A DNA stretch of 64,000 nt. It comes from a virus. The stretch spans positions 64,001-128,000 of IMG/VR virus record IMGVR_UViG_3300015171_000001. One strand, 5' to 3'. Position numbers and translations under genes: made by a program. Shown one piece after another: positions 20,079-31,002 of this stretch (position 1 is the first letter of the stretch; every line of letters starts with the position of its first letter). Under the pieces are notes generated by a model, which worked only from the letters and a program-made list of their open reading frames with translations, ran no database searches and was not told the DNA's origin.

Positions 20079-20816
20079 ATGGTTGAAAAATGTGATTTAG
20101 TAAAGGTTCTCAGTGAAAGTGATTTATCCGAAGCGGATATTGATAAAATAAATTCTTATATTAATAGTTTACCCGCCTTCCAAAAAGAAGAAAAGATTCA
20201 TAGAGAAAGTAGTTATACATCAAAAGATCCTGAAGTAACTGTTATTTCAAAAAATTTAGAAGAATCTATAAAAATAATAAAAGGGTTTAAAAATGATTTA
20301 TGTAGACCACTTGACAATTATCAACAAAAGTATTCTAAAGAAATTGACGAAGGAGATAATAAAATTGCTTTATTATTAGAAGAAGGTAAGAAAGAAGGAT
20401 ATGATGTCAATAATCCAAAAATAAGAGAACAATTATTAGAACAAGCTTTTACTGGAAAAGAATTGTTTGTTCCTACTTCAGAAACACCCATTCTAAATTT
20501 TCTATATTTTTCAATGAAGGAAACGGAAAATATTGATAGTGGTTATAGATTATTAAATGAAAGAAAAAAGAATGAAGACGATGAACATGCTATAAAGTTC
20601 TATAATAAGGATGATAAGCATGGAGAAGAATCTTTGCCAGACATGACAAAGATGGCATTTAAAACTGTTGATGTAGAAACATTTAAGAAAATTTCAAAAT
20701 TAAAATCATTAGCTACTAGTTTAAATACCCACGAAGCAGAAGCGTCTTTGAAAAAATGTAAAATATTGTGTGAAAAATATTATTTAGATTTTGATAAAAT
20801 TCCCGCGATTAAATGA
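20079..20816 (+). CDS. Hypothetical protein with C-terminal DUF2786-like segment
   Basis: KKISKLKSLATSLNTHEAEASLKKCKILCEKY. Confidence 0.55.
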   Translation: MVEKCDLVKVLSESDLSEADIDKINSYINSLPAFQKEEKIHRESSYTSKDPEVTVISKNLEESIKIIKGFKNDLCRPLDNYQQKYSKEIDEGDNKIALLLEEGKKEGYDVNNPKIREQLLEQAFTGKELFVPTSETPILNFLYFSMKETENIDSGYRLLNERKKNEDDEHAIKFYNKDDKHGEESLPDMTKMAFKTVDVETFKKISKLKSLATSLNTHEAEASLKKCKILCEKYYLDFDKIPAIK

Positions 20817-21076
20817 ATATAAAGAGAAATATAGATTCTTTAGAGTTCTTTTGTAAGACAATTAAATGGCTTAGAGAAAACTACGAAAATTCTATAGAAG
20901 AAGCAGATTGCAAAAACATATGGTTATATTCAAATAGATTAGAGAATGAGTTAATATTTTCCCAAGAAATTTGTATGAATATAATCAATGATTTCTTTTT
21001 TGATAAACTCCCGGCGGATTTTCAAGAAGAAATATGGGAGTTTCATGTAGAAATATACAATGAATTAGATTACTAG
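20813..21076 (+). CDS. Hypothetical protein
   Basis: 87-aa ORF, ATGA overlap with the upstream gene. Confidence 0.5.
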   Translation: MNIKRNIDSLEFFCKTIKWLRENYENSIEEADCKNIWLYSNRLENELIFSQEICMNIINDFFFDKLPADFQEEIWEFHVEIYNELDY

Positions 21077-21093
21077 TTCATATTTATTTTATT

Positions 21094-21381
21094 ATGGATA
21101 AAAAAGTATTAAATGAAAGAATGTTAGGTTTGGCAGGAGTAGTCCCTATGAGTTCTATGGGATTTCTTAGAACCCGTGATTTACCATCTTGTGATTTAAC
21201 TGGAATTTATAAAAAAGAAACACTTTATGAAGTAACAAAGGTTGGTCAAAAAGTAATTTCTCCTATTGGGAAATTATATGAAGTTGCTAATATTTTTGAA
21301 GGATTTATATCTTTAGAAACAAATACTTACGAAAAATTACATCAACAAAATCCATTACCTAAAGGTTGGAAATTAGAATAA
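21094..21381 (+). CDS. Hypothetical protein with scaffold-like RxxxLAG motif
   Basis: VLNERMLGLAGV resembles the scaffold C-terminus RLQKLAGI; TATTTAT at 21081. Confidence 0.55.
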   Translation: MDKKVLNERMLGLAGVVPMSSMGFLRTRDLPSCDLTGIYKKETLYEVTKVGQKVISPIGKLYEVANIFEGFISLETNTYEKLHQQNPLPKGWKLE

Positions 21382-21385
21382 AATT

Positions 21386-21967
21386 ATGAAAAAAGAAGAC
21401 TTAAAAAAACAAATTAAATCAATTATAAAAGAGCATTTTTCCATTGGAGGAGGTGTTATTTGTTTAAAACCAATTGGAACAGGAGGAAATCCATTTCCAA
21501 CAAGTAGATTGCCTGTATTAAAAAGAGATTTTGCAACTACAGAATTTTTGAAAAGTGGTCTTACTAAAGATTCGGTATGTGAATCAAACATTAAAAATGT
21601 AAAATTATTAGAAGCTATTTCAAAGATTGCAAAAACAGTTTCCAAGAAAGAATTAGTTAAAGAAGATATTGAAGAGATTGCATATAAAATTATCAAGTCT
21701 TATAAGAATGAAAATTATGCCAGTATTATTTCCGAATTAAAAAGAGAAATAGTTAAAAATGGATATAAAATTCTTAATGAAGGAAATCCGAAATCAGAAA
21801 AATTAATTAAAGAGGATGTTCTTCCTACAAATTCAACTACAGATATTAAAAATGTGAAAGACATTTTTTCGGCAGTTAAAAACAATCCAACAGAATGGTT
21901 AGATAATCAATCACAGGATATTAAAGATTCATTTGAAAGACTATATAATGTAAGTATTTCGCAATAA
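21386..21967 (+). CDS. Hypothetical protein with leader motif
   Basis: MKKEDLKKQIKSIIKE; several internal (L/I)xE sites. Confidence 0.55.
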   Translation: MKKEDLKKQIKSIIKEHFSIGGGVICLKPIGTGGNPFPTSRLPVLKRDFATTEFLKSGLTKDSVCESNIKNVKLLEAISKIAKTVSKKELVKEDIEEIAYKIIKSYKNENYASIISELKREIVKNGYKILNEGNPKSEKLIKEDVLPTNSTTDIKNVKDIFSAVKNNPTEWLDNQSQDIKDSFERLYNVSISQ

Positions 21968-21972
21968 TAGAT

Positions 21973-22302
21973 ATGTTAAAATCAGAACTTATTACTTTAA
22001 TTAAAGAATGTATTTCTGAATCATATAATTTAAATTCATATGGAACACAGGTTATTGAGAATTCTGATATTGATAAAAAATTAAAAAAATTGGGATTTAA
22101 ATGGCATGAAGGAAGTCATGAATATATTTTGGATGTAAATAAGAATTTGAGATATACCTTTGAATTTTTTCAAGAAGAAACCAGTGCTTATAGAATTTCC
22201 CGCTTAACAAAAAATTCAGATTATAAGTATAATGTTCTAGTTCCTGACTCCGAAAGTTTTGAGAATTATGACGATGCTTTAAATTGGATGTCAAAGAAAT
22301 AA
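21973..22302 (+). CDS. Hypothetical protein with leader motif
   Basis: MLKSELITLIKECISE. Confidence 0.55.
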   Translation: MLKSELITLIKECISESYNLNSYGTQVIENSDIDKKLKKLGFKWHEGSHEYILDVNKNLRYTFEFFQEETSAYRISRLTKNSDYKYNVLVPDSESFENYDDALNWMSKK

Positions 22303-22306
22303 AATT

Positions 22307-23608
22307 ATGCCACAAGATCCAACACCATATCCAGCAGACTTAAGGGTAAGATGGCCAGGAAGTGGCTCAAATCCTTCAGGATCGACTCCATTTGGATTTT
22401 ATGATGCTGATACTCAATTCCAATATTTAGCACCAAGGGCGGCATCCTGGGCAGCAAAAATGTTAGGTTATCCAATCATTGATGTTGAAATGTTAGATGT
22501 TAATTTCTATGCTTGTTTAGAAGGAGCTATTAATGAATATGGAAATCAAGTAAATCAATTTAATATTATTAATAATATTTCATTGTTACAAGGACTTCCC
22601 ACTACCACAACAGTTTCTGGTCAAAATATTCAAGGGATGGGATTGTCTCAACAAATACAATTAGCACAAGGTTATGGAACTGAGGCTGGTGTTGGTGGAT
22701 ATGTTAGTTGGAAAACTGGAAGTATTAGATTATATCATGGAATACAACAATATGATTTACAATCTTTATGGGGGGATGTAATAGAAAGTGGAAGTAGAAT
22801 AGAAATTAAAAGAATTTTCCATTATGCTCCACCAGCTTCTGCTAGAATTTATGATCCATTTTCTATGACCGGAATGAGTTATAGTAATATTATGAATGAG
22901 ATGGGATTTGCTGGATTCTCGCCAGCCACTCAATTCTTAATGACTCCAATATTCGAGGATTTATTAAGAATACAAGCTATTGAATTTAATGATACTGTTA
23001 GAAAAAGTGCATATTCTTTTGAATTAGTAAATAATAAAGTTAGAATATTTCCCATTCCTACATTTGGAGATGGTGCTGCTTATTGTCATCCGTCAAGTGG
23101 AAGTTGTGATGGTGGTTATGGCGAGTTTGGAGATGGATTTGATGATTTTGCTGATTATAATGATTGGTATTATGGAAAAAGACTTCATTTTGAATATATT
23201 GTTGTAAATGATAGAAATCTCGCTGATGCAAATTTATTTCCATCACAACAATCTAGTGGAAGTGTAATATCCGATTATAGTAATGTCCCATATCAAATAA
23301 TTCCTTTCTCAAATATAAATTCTCCCGGTCAACAATGGATTTACAAATATTTCTTAGCAAACTGCAAAGAAGTTTTGGGAGCCATAAGACAAAAATATCA
23401 AACTATTCCTGTTCCTGGCGCAGAAGTTACTTTAGATGGTGCAGAATTAAGACAAGAAGCATCTGCGGAAAAAGCAGAATTAATTACACAATTAAGAGAA
23501 AATTTAGAGGCCACTACTAGAAAAAGTCAATTATCCACACAATCTGAAGAAGCTGATCAATTACAAAATGTTCTAAAAAAGATTCCAACATTAATATATG
23601 TAGGTTAG
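22307..23608 (+). CDS. Neck / head-tail adaptor protein (T4 gp13-like)
   Basis: LGYPIIDVE, WIYKYFLANCKEVLGAIRQKY, VTLDGAELRQEA; first of three neck-module genes. Confidence 0.8.
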   Translation: MPQDPTPYPADLRVRWPGSGSNPSGSTPFGFYDADTQFQYLAPRAASWAAKMLGYPIIDVEMLDVNFYACLEGAINEYGNQVNQFNIINNISLLQGLPTTTTVSGQNIQGMGLSQQIQLAQGYGTEAGVGGYVSWKTGSIRLYHGIQQYDLQSLWGDVIESGSRIEIKRIFHYAPPASARIYDPFSMTGMSYSNIMNEMGFAGFSPATQFLMTPIFEDLLRIQAIEFNDTVRKSAYSFELVNNKVRIFPIPTFGDGAAYCHPSSGSCDGGYGEFGDGFDDFADYNDWYYGKRLHFEYIVVNDRNLADANLFPSQQSSGSVISDYSNVPYQIIPFSNINSPGQQWIYKYFLANCKEVLGAIRQKYQTIPVPGAEVTLDGAELRQEASAEKAELITQLRENLEATTRKSQLSTQSEEADQLQNVLKKIPTLIYVG

Positions 23609-23641
23609 GTAGGAACTTTTTAATTCTTATATTTATATAAT

Positions 23642-24121
23642 ATGGAAGAATTATTAGGTAGATATTTTTCAAACAGAGACAGAATGTACATAAATTCATT
23701 AAACTATGAATTATTACAAGATATTATTCAAACTGCTCTAGTTGTATATAAATTATTCCCAGAATATTCTAAAACAAATATGTATGGAGAATCCGAACCA
23801 ACTGAAGGAAAGGTATATTATCCTGGTGTTAAAATTGTTTTATTAATCGAACATCCTGATACAACTACAGAAGATGGTGATGCGGGTCCAGATAGAAAGA
23901 AACAAATGACATTTAAGTTCATGGAGCCATTATGTCAAGCAGTTTCATTATATCCAGAAATTGGAGATATTGTTTATTACGATCATCAATATTTTGAATT
24001 GAATAGTGTGACTCAGGAGCAACATCTTGCTGGAAATCCAGACAAGTCTTTTAGTATTATTACTACTGCACACCAAACAAAATATACAAAATTAAACGTG
24101 CAAGATAGACCAATGCAATAA
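23642..24121 (+). CDS. Head closure / neck protein (T4 gp14-like)
   Basis: TNMYGES, PEIGDIVYY..QYFELNSV; synteny. Confidence 0.65.
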   Translation: MEELLGRYFSNRDRMYINSLNYELLQDIIQTALVVYKLFPEYSKTNMYGESEPTEGKVYYPGVKIVLLIEHPDTTTEDGDAGPDRKKQMTFKFMEPLCQAVSLYPEIGDIVYYDHQYFELNSVTQEQHLAGNPDKSFSIITTAHQTKYTKLNVQDRPMQ

Positions 24122-24124
24122 TTT

Positions 24125-25351
24125 ATGAGTTGGCGTCCTAATTTAGATTCAGAATATGTTCCTTCTTTTCCATCAGAAAAAGAACATTCTCCTTCAGCAC
24201 CATTGACTCAGCCAAATGAGGTTCAATATGATAAAAATTTATCTAACAAAGAAGAATTTTATGAGAGAGAACATACAGTAAGAAGAGATACTGATAAGCA
24301 AAAAGATTTTTCTATCTCTATATTAGATATTGATACTACTATTTTGGAACATCTAGAAAGTAGACTAAATATTTCTGTCGATGATTCTGAGCAAAAAATA
24401 AAAGTTCCTATAATTTATGCCTCTCCCGAAAGATGGAAATCAATTAGAAAAGACGGATATATCAGAGATAAATTAGGCCAAATTCAAAGTCCATTAATTA
24501 CATTTAAAAGGACTACTATAGAAAGAAATGATCAATTAATTACTTTTAATAAATTTTTATCATATCCTGTTATAAAAAAGTTTTCTGAAAAAAATAGATA
24601 TGATACATTTTTTGTTGCTAATAACCAACAAATTCCGGTTAAAGAAATTTATAATGTAACAATGGCAGATCATGTTATAGTCACTTATGAATTTATAGCT
24701 TGGACAGACTATGTTATCCATATGAATAAAATTATTGAGATAATAAATTTCGCCACAGAAGATTATTGGGGAGACAAAAAAAGATTTAGATTTAGAACAT
24801 CTATTCAAAATTATTCATTTGAGACTGATTTGGTTAATGATACTGATAGAATTGTAAAATCAACATTTAGTATGATTGTGTATGCATATTTACTCCCAGA
24901 ACAAAGAGAAAATTTAAAATCAACAACACAAAAAGGATTTACAAATAGAAAAATTATTATTAATGCAGAATTAGATTCCAATTGTAATAAACCAAAGCAA
25001 CATAGAATTATAAAAGATGGAATTGAGTTTGTTTCTCCTATAAATGGATATGTGGGAAATATTGTTCCAACTTATGATTTTACTATATCTGATAAAGTTT
25101 TTAATGGGCAATATATTTCCGAAGATTCTAGTACATATACTTTAAAAATACCAGCAGCCACATTAATCAAATTTGAAAATTATTATTTAAACCCGTTTAA
25201 TTTAATTGTGGATGGGAAATTAGTAGAAAAATCATTTATAACCAGTTATGAACAAAGTGGTCAAGATTTTTATATTATAATAAATAAACAGATTTATACT
25301 GAAATTATTAATTCCGAATCAAAAATTGTGATTGCGGGAAAATTTGAGTAA
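24125..25351 (+). CDS. Tail terminator / sheath stabiliser (T4 gp15-like)
   Basis: KVPIIYASPERW, PLITFKRT, VTYEFIAWT, MNKIIE; synteny. Confidence 0.7.
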   Translation: MSWRPNLDSEYVPSFPSEKEHSPSAPLTQPNEVQYDKNLSNKEEFYEREHTVRRDTDKQKDFSISILDIDTTILEHLESRLNISVDDSEQKIKVPIIYASPERWKSIRKDGYIRDKLGQIQSPLITFKRTTIERNDQLITFNKFLSYPVIKKFSEKNRYDTFFVANNQQIPVKEIYNVTMADHVIVTYEFIAWTDYVIHMNKIIEIINFATEDYWGDKKRFRFRTSIQNYSFETDLVNDTDRIVKSTFSMIVYAYLLPEQRENLKSTTQKGFTNRKIIINAELDSNCNKPKQHRIIKDGIEFVSPINGYVGNIVPTYDFTISDKVFNGQYISEDSSTYTLKIPAATLIKFENYYLNPFNLIVDGKLVEKSFITSYEQSGQDFYIIINKQIYTEIINSESKIVIAGKFE

Positions 25352-25444
25352 ATATTTATTAATGTTATTCATTTGAAATCATTAATTAACATTTAATATT
25401 TAATTTTATATTTATAACATACAACTTGAAAAAATTTATATAAT

Positions 25445-27019
25445 ATGATTCCTAATAGTAAATTAAAGATTTCACAATTACCATTTGCCAGTGGAAGCGA
25501 AATTACTTTTAGTGATTCTATACATTTAATAAAATATCCTCAAAAAGAAGGTAAGCAAGCCTATCTATCAGATGTTCAATCTTTATTTGGAAGTAATTTC
25601 ACAGCATCTTATTGTATTACCGCCGCTTATGCATTAAATGGTGGAAGTGGAGGAACTAATGCTTCTTATGTTATAACTGCTTCTGGAGCTAACAGCAATC
25701 TTACAGCATCGTATGCATTGACGGCAAGTCATTTTAGTGGATTGTCCCCATCAGGAAATTATTCAACAACTATTGGAGATGGTGTTCACAATACATATAC
25801 TATAATTCATGGATTGAGAACAGTTGATATATTATATTCTGTATTTGATACCGGCACTTTGCAATTTGTGATTCCAAATGTTTCTATTATTGACACAAAC
25901 ACAATCTCTGTTCATTTTTTTAATATTCCTACTACAAATCAATTTAATATTACTGTTACTGCCGGAAACATAGTATTAAATAATAGTGGAAGTGGAAATT
26001 CTGTTTCAGCTTCTTATGCAACAACAGCATCTTATGCATTAAATGGTGGGGGAGGAACTAATGCTTCTTATGTTATAACTGCCTCTGGAGCTAATAGCAA
26101 TCTTACAGCATCCTACGCTTTAACAGCTAGTTTCTTTTCTGGAATGCTTTTAACAGGATCTTTTACAAAATTAATTGGAGATGGAATAAATAATACATTT
26201 ACAGTAGTTCATAATTTAAATACTACTAATTTATTATTTTCTATGTATGATGTAGGAACACTACAAATTGTTTACCCCAATATAAGTATTTTAAATGTTA
26301 ATAGTGTAATAGTAAAGTTTTTTTCAGTTCCGACCACAAACGAATTTAGTTTAACAATTTCAGCAGGAAACACAACTTTCGGTTCTGGAGCAGTAACAGC
26401 TTCTTATGCAACAACAGCATCTTATGCATTAAATGGTGGGGGAGGAACAACAAATACTGGATCGTTTGTTGTGACTGCATCTGGAACTTCTGGTAATTTA
26501 ACAGCATCATATGCATTAAATTCAGTAACCGCATCATATAGTTTAAATGGAAATATTAATACTGGTTCATTTGTTGTTACTGCGTCTGGTACTACAGGAA
26601 ACCTTACATCAAGTTATGCATTGACTGCTAGTTATTTTTCTGGAAATTTTTCGGGTTCATACACAACATTAATTGGTGATGGGGTTCACAATTCATATAC
26701 AATTACACATAATTTAGGAACAAAAAATTTATTATTTGCAATGTATGACACAGGAACTAATCAATTAATTACTCCAGATGTAACATTTATAGATAACAAT
26801 AATATATTAGTTTCTTTTGGTACTGTACCATCTACTAATGAATATAGTTTAACAATTTCTATAGGAAATGAAATTTTTATTACTAGCACATCTACATCTA
26901 GTTATCTTGCGCCATTTAATGGTTCTGGTTCTTTGACTGGAAGTGCTGGGTCAATTGCAACATTTCTATTTGTGAATATAAACGGAACTAATTATAAAAT
27001 GGCACTATATAATTTATAA
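25445..27019 (+). CDS. Repetitive virion fibre/decoration protein
   Basis: Three IGDG..H(G/N)L.T..(D)..T.Q...P domains separated by TASYAL repeats; KISQLP N-terminus. Confidence 0.7.
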   Translation: MIPNSKLKISQLPFASGSEITFSDSIHLIKYPQKEGKQAYLSDVQSLFGSNFTASYCITAAYALNGGSGGTNASYVITASGANSNLTASYALTASHFSGLSPSGNYSTTIGDGVHNTYTIIHGLRTVDILYSVFDTGTLQFVIPNVSIIDTNTISVHFFNIPTTNQFNITVTAGNIVLNNSGSGNSVSASYATTASYALNGGGGTNASYVITASGANSNLTASYALTASFFSGMLLTGSFTKLIGDGINNTFTVVHNLNTTNLLFSMYDVGTLQIVYPNISILNVNSVIVKFFSVPTTNEFSLTISAGNTTFGSGAVTASYATTASYALNGGGGTTNTGSFVVTASGTSGNLTASYALNSVTASYSLNGNINTGSFVVTASGTTGNLTSSYALTASYFSGNFSGSYTTLIGDGVHNSYTITHNLGTKNLLFAMYDTGTNQLITPDVTFIDNNNILVSFGTVPSTNEYSLTISIGNEIFITSTSTSSYLAPFNGSGSLTGSAGSIATFLFVNINGTNYKMALYNL

Positions 27020-27055
27020 GGTTTTTACAATATTTTAATTCTATATATTAAAAAT

Positions 27056-27334
27056 ATGAATACAATTAAATTTACAGAAGAAGAATTAAATAATTTAAAA
27101 GATATAGCAAATAAAACACAAAATTGTGTATTTAAATTTGGCCAAGTGTATATCGAAAGAGAAAAAATTCAAATTTCAATAAATGAATTGAAAAAATATG
27201 AAGATACTTTAAAAAAAGAATATGCACAAGTCCAAAAAGAAGAAGAATCTTTTCTAGAAAAAATAACCCAAAAATATGGAGAAGGTAATATTGATATAAA
27301 TACTGGAGAATTTATTCCAAATATAAAAAATTAA
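27056..27334 (+). CDS. Small coiled-coil hypothetical protein
   Basis: KFTEEEL...KYGEGNIDINTGEFIP. Confidence 0.6.
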   Translation: MNTIKFTEEELNNLKDIANKTQNCVFKFGQVYIEREKIQISINELKKYEDTLKKEYAQVQKEEESFLEKITQKYGEGNIDINTGEFIPNIKN

Positions 27335-27338
27335 AAAT

Positions 27339-27828
27339 ATGACAAATAAAAATGATTTTCAAATTAAATGGACGGGAGGTGGCTCAAATCCATCAGGGTC
27401 CACTCCATTTGGATTTTATGATACTGATGCTCAATTCCAATATTTAGCACCAAGGGCAGCATCCTGGGGCAGCAAAAATGTTAGGTTATCCAATCATTGA
27501 TGTTGAGTTAACAGATGTTCATTTTTATACTTGTTTTGAAGATGCAATAAATGAATATAACGAACAAATAAATCTAAACATAACAATATTTTCCAATAAT
27601 CCTATTCAAATTATTCCATTTAAAGACATAAATTTTGTTGGAAAAAGATGGATCTATAAATATTTCTTAGCAAATTGCAAAGAAATTTTGGGAATAATTC
27701 GCAGAAAATATCAAACTATTCCAGTTTCTTTTGCAGAAATAACATTAGATGGTAAAGAATTAATACGAGAGGCATCTGCTGAGAAAGAAAGATTAATTAT
27801 GAAATTTAAAGAAAATTGTAAGTTATAA
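27339..27828 (+). pseudogene. Frameshifted, internally deleted paralog of the neck gene
   Basis: ATG 27339 gives ...GSNPSGSTPFGFYDTDAQFQYLAPRAASW; extra G (GGGG at 27466-27469 vs GGG in the parent) shifts the frame; ORF 27478 continues the neck match but lacks the middle ~260 aa. Confidence 0.8.
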
Positions 27829-27930
27829 TTTATAAAAATTGATAAAATATTTGTAATATTAAAAATTAATACATTTTGAAAATTAAAAAATATATTTATA
27901 AATATTAACTTATAAAACAACAACAAAAAT

Positions 27931-30906
27931 ATGGCAACATCTCAAGACTTATCCTACAAACCAATTTCAAGACTAGTTTCTCCAATAGTGGCAACTAGAG
28001 AAATTGACCAATCTTTCCTTGCACAAGGGGTAGCAAATATTGGAGGTGCAATTGTTGGTCCTTTTGCTCAAGGACCTGGATTTACTCCAGTAACTGTAAC
28101 ATCTATTGCAGATTTTGAGGCACTTTTTGGTGTTCCAGATGGCACATATTATACACCATATACAGTTGAGCAATATTTGGCTCAAAGCAATATTGTTACT
28201 ATTGTGAGAACTGGTCAATTGGGTGGATATATTCAACAAAATCCAATATTGCTTCTTGCTCAAAGTGGTTCAACATCAAGACAGGCTGGATTGGGAATAT
28301 TTACTTCGTCTATTGGATATTGCACAATTACTACTGCTGGTGTGACTGGAAGTGTTACTGGCTCGGTTACTAGCACTTTCTTAAATGGTCCTCTTTCTGG
28401 AAGTTTATTCTCAATTCCAATTACTGCTTCTTTTGTTAGTGGAAGTGTTGGATATATAAGCGGAAGTTCAAAATTCTCATCTGGATCTATTCTTTATACA
28501 TTGCCAGCATCTACTGGAAATTTTGCAGGTAGCGTGTTTACTGCTTTTGTAAGTTCATCAACAGTTGGAAGTTCTATTAAATATAATATTCAAGGAAATA
28601 TTTCTGGAAGTTATGGTGCATTTATTCCAAATACATTCGTGGCTAATGGATCTACACCATTATTACTTGCAACATTAGCAAATTCTGCTTATGACTCCGC
28701 ACAAAATTTAAATGGATTTACGGGAAGTATATTAACTGCCGTAAATACTGGATCAATTGGTTCAGATTATTTCTTGTCACTAGCTGATTTAAATCCTATT
28801 ACATTAACTACATCAAGTTATGGAACTTATAGATTCTCATTAGATTCTACAAGTCCATCATGGTTAACTAATGTATTTAGCACAGATCCAACAGCAGGTG
28901 CAGTTGCGGTTGCTGCTGGTCAAAAAATAGATGCTGCTTATATTTATAATTATTTTGAAAATACAATTGATCAAGTTTTAGGATCGATGTTAACTAATGG
29001 AAATTATCAAGTAAAAATAGCAAATGCCGATGGTGTTTATTTTGATCCAGTTTCTTCACAATATTTACCAAATCAATCACTTAAATTTAGCGATGGTGTT
29101 CCCGGTGGTGGTGGTGGAGTAAATAATGTTGCTTGGAGTGCATATGACTTACGAGAAGCTGAAACCCCATGGATTAATTCTCAAAAAATCTCATCTTGGA
29201 GTGGCAGTGTTAGTCAATCATCTACAAGATATAATTTATTCAAAGTTCACACTCTTTCTGATGGAACTTCAACAAATACAAATTATAAAATACAAATTCA
29301 AAATGTTAAATTGGCTGGTCAAGTTCCAGGAAGTGATTATGGATTATTTGATCTTGTTGTGCGATCTTTTACAGATACAGACAGAAGACCATATGTACTT
29401 GAAAGATATTCTAATTTATCATTAGATCCATCTTCAGTAAATTATATCGCAAGAAGAATTGGAGATTCTTATAGTTCAATTGACTATAATGGAAAAATTT
29501 TACAATTTGGTACATATAATAATCAAAGTAAATATGTGAGAGTTGAAATGACTGTTTCTCCAATTCCAGTAACAGCAGTTCCTTATGGATTCGATTCTTA
29601 TGCAAGTCCTATTGGTGGTCAATATGCACATTCAATTCCATTGATGACATATACAAGTGCAAGTATTTATTCTAAACAACCAGGAAAATATTCAAGTGGT
29701 ATTGTTTTTCAACCTGCACCTGCTGGTGCTGATGCAGAATTATCCGCATTATATCCTGATGGTACTTCTCAAGGGGCTGAATTAGATAACTTACAATATT
29801 TTGCACCAATTCCAGAAAATTCAGTAACAGGAAATAATTATTTTGATTTAAATGATTTCTGTGGAATTCCTGCTGTATATAGTCCGTCTAATGAAAGTAC
29901 TAATATATTGATGAGAAATTTCACATTAGGATTTCAACAAGGATTTGACGGGGGTTCTCCTTCTATTCCTAAATTATTAGGAAATGATATTCTTCCTTCA
30001 AATACACAAGGATTAGACTGTACCTCAATTGTTTCCAGTGGAAGCGTTGCTTATAAAAATTGTTTAGATGCATTGTCAAATGCAGATGAATTTGATATTA
30101 ACTTATTAGCTACACCAGGAATTCTTTATAACTTACATCCGCATGTTGTAAACTTGGGGGTTAACATTTGTGAAAATCGTGGAGATGCATTTTATATCTT
30201 TGATATTTATGCAAATCAAACTGCTGGTGGAAACTCAATTGATAATGTTGTTTCTACTGCGGCTGAATTTGATACTAATTATGCAGCTACTTATTATCCT
30301 TGGATTAAAATAGTTGATACAAACACAAACCAAATAATAACAGTTCCTCCTTCAGTTGTGATGCCTTCTATTTACGCACAAAATGATAAAGTTGCTAATG
30401 AATGGAATGCACCTGCTGGTTTAAATCGTGGTGGAATTACTCAGGCTGTTGGTGTTGTTGATAGATTGACACAAACAGATCGTGATACATTATATGATGG
30501 CAGAGTTAATCCAATTGCTTCTTTTCCAGGAACTGGAATTGTTGCGTGGGGTCAAAAAACTCTTCAAGTATTGCCAAGTGCTCTTGATAGAGTAAATGTA
30601 AGAAGATTGTTGATTGCTCTTAAAAAGTTCATTGCAAGTTCTTCAAAGTATTTGTTATTTGAACAAAATGTCGCAACTACAAGAAATAAATTCTTAAGTA
30701 TTGTTAATCCTTATCTTGAAAGTGTTGTGCAACGTAATGGTTTATACGCATTCAGAGTTCAAATGGATGCCAATAATAATACGGCTGCATTAATAGATCA
30801 AAATATATTATATGGTAACATATTTTTACAGCCAACCAAATCCATAGAAATAATTTTACTTGATTTCCGTGTACTTCCTAGTGGAGCCGTGTTCCCAAAT
30901 GACTAA
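27931..30906 (+). CDS. Contractile tail sheath protein (T4 gp18-like)
   Basis: REIDQSF, GAIVGPFAQGP, YAATYYPWIKI, WNAPAGLNRG, RVNPIASF, WGQKTLQ, LDRVNVRRLL. Confidence 0.95.
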   Translation: MATSQDLSYKPISRLVSPIVATREIDQSFLAQGVANIGGAIVGPFAQGPGFTPVTVTSIADFEALFGVPDGTYYTPYTVEQYLAQSNIVTIVRTGQLGGYIQQNPILLLAQSGSTSRQAGLGIFTSSIGYCTITTAGVTGSVTGSVTSTFLNGPLSGSLFSIPITASFVSGSVGYISGSSKFSSGSILYTLPASTGNFAGSVFTAFVSSSTVGSSIKYNIQGNISGSYGAFIPNTFVANGSTPLLLATLANSAYDSAQNLNGFTGSILTAVNTGSIGSDYFLSLADLNPITLTTSSYGTYRFSLDSTSPSWLTNVFSTDPTAGAVAVAAGQKIDAAYIYNYFENTIDQVLGSMLTNGNYQVKIANADGVYFDPVSSQYLPNQSLKFSDGVPGGGGGVNNVAWSAYDLREAETPWINSQKISSWSGSVSQSSTRYNLFKVHTLSDGTSTNTNYKIQIQNVKLAGQVPGSDYGLFDLVVRSFTDTDRRPYVLERYSNLSLDPSSVNYIARRIGDSYSSIDYNGKILQFGTYNNQSKYVRVEMTVSPIPVTAVPYGFDSYASPIGGQYAHSIPLMTYTSASIYSKQPGKYSSGIVFQPAPAGADAELSALYPDGTSQGAELDNLQYFAPIPENSVTGNNYFDLNDFCGIPAVYSPSNESTNILMRNFTLGFQQGFDGGSPSIPKLLGNDILPSNTQGLDCTSIVSSGSVAYKNCLDALSNADEFDINLLATPGILYNLHPHVVNLGVNICENRGDAFYIFDIYANQTAGGNSIDNVVSTAAEFDTNYAATYYPWIKIVDTNTNQIITVPPSVVMPSIYAQNDKVANEWNAPAGLNRGGITQAVGVVDRLTQTDRDTLYDGRVNPIASFPGTGIVAWGQKTLQVLPSALDRVNVRRLLIALKKFIASSSKYLLFEQNVATTRNKFLSIVNPYLESVVQRNGLYAFRVQMDANNNTAALIDQNILYGNIFLQPTKSIEIILLDFRVLPSGAVFPND

Positions 30907-30907
30907 T

Positions 30908-30924
30908 AATCAATAACTTATAAA
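30908..30924 (+). promoter_or_regulatory. Conserved 17-bp motif after the sheath gene
   Basis: AATCAATAACTTATAAA (15/17 identical to the 17651 copy). Confidence 0.55.
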
Positions 30925-30958
30925 CAAAAATGGAAACTGTAAAAAGTTTCCATTTTTG
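30925..30958 (+). terminator. Terminator hairpin after the sheath gene
   Basis: CAAAAATGGAAACT-GTAAAA-AGTTTCCATTTTTG. Confidence 0.85.
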
Positions 30959-31002
30959 TATATTAGTGGATATATTACAAATTTATCCATATATGTAAAT
31001 GT

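Noticed and set aside
27379-27506. Neck duplicate as a DGR template/variable repeat pair
   Set aside because: Mismatches are not confined to adenines and no reverse transcriptase is present in the window
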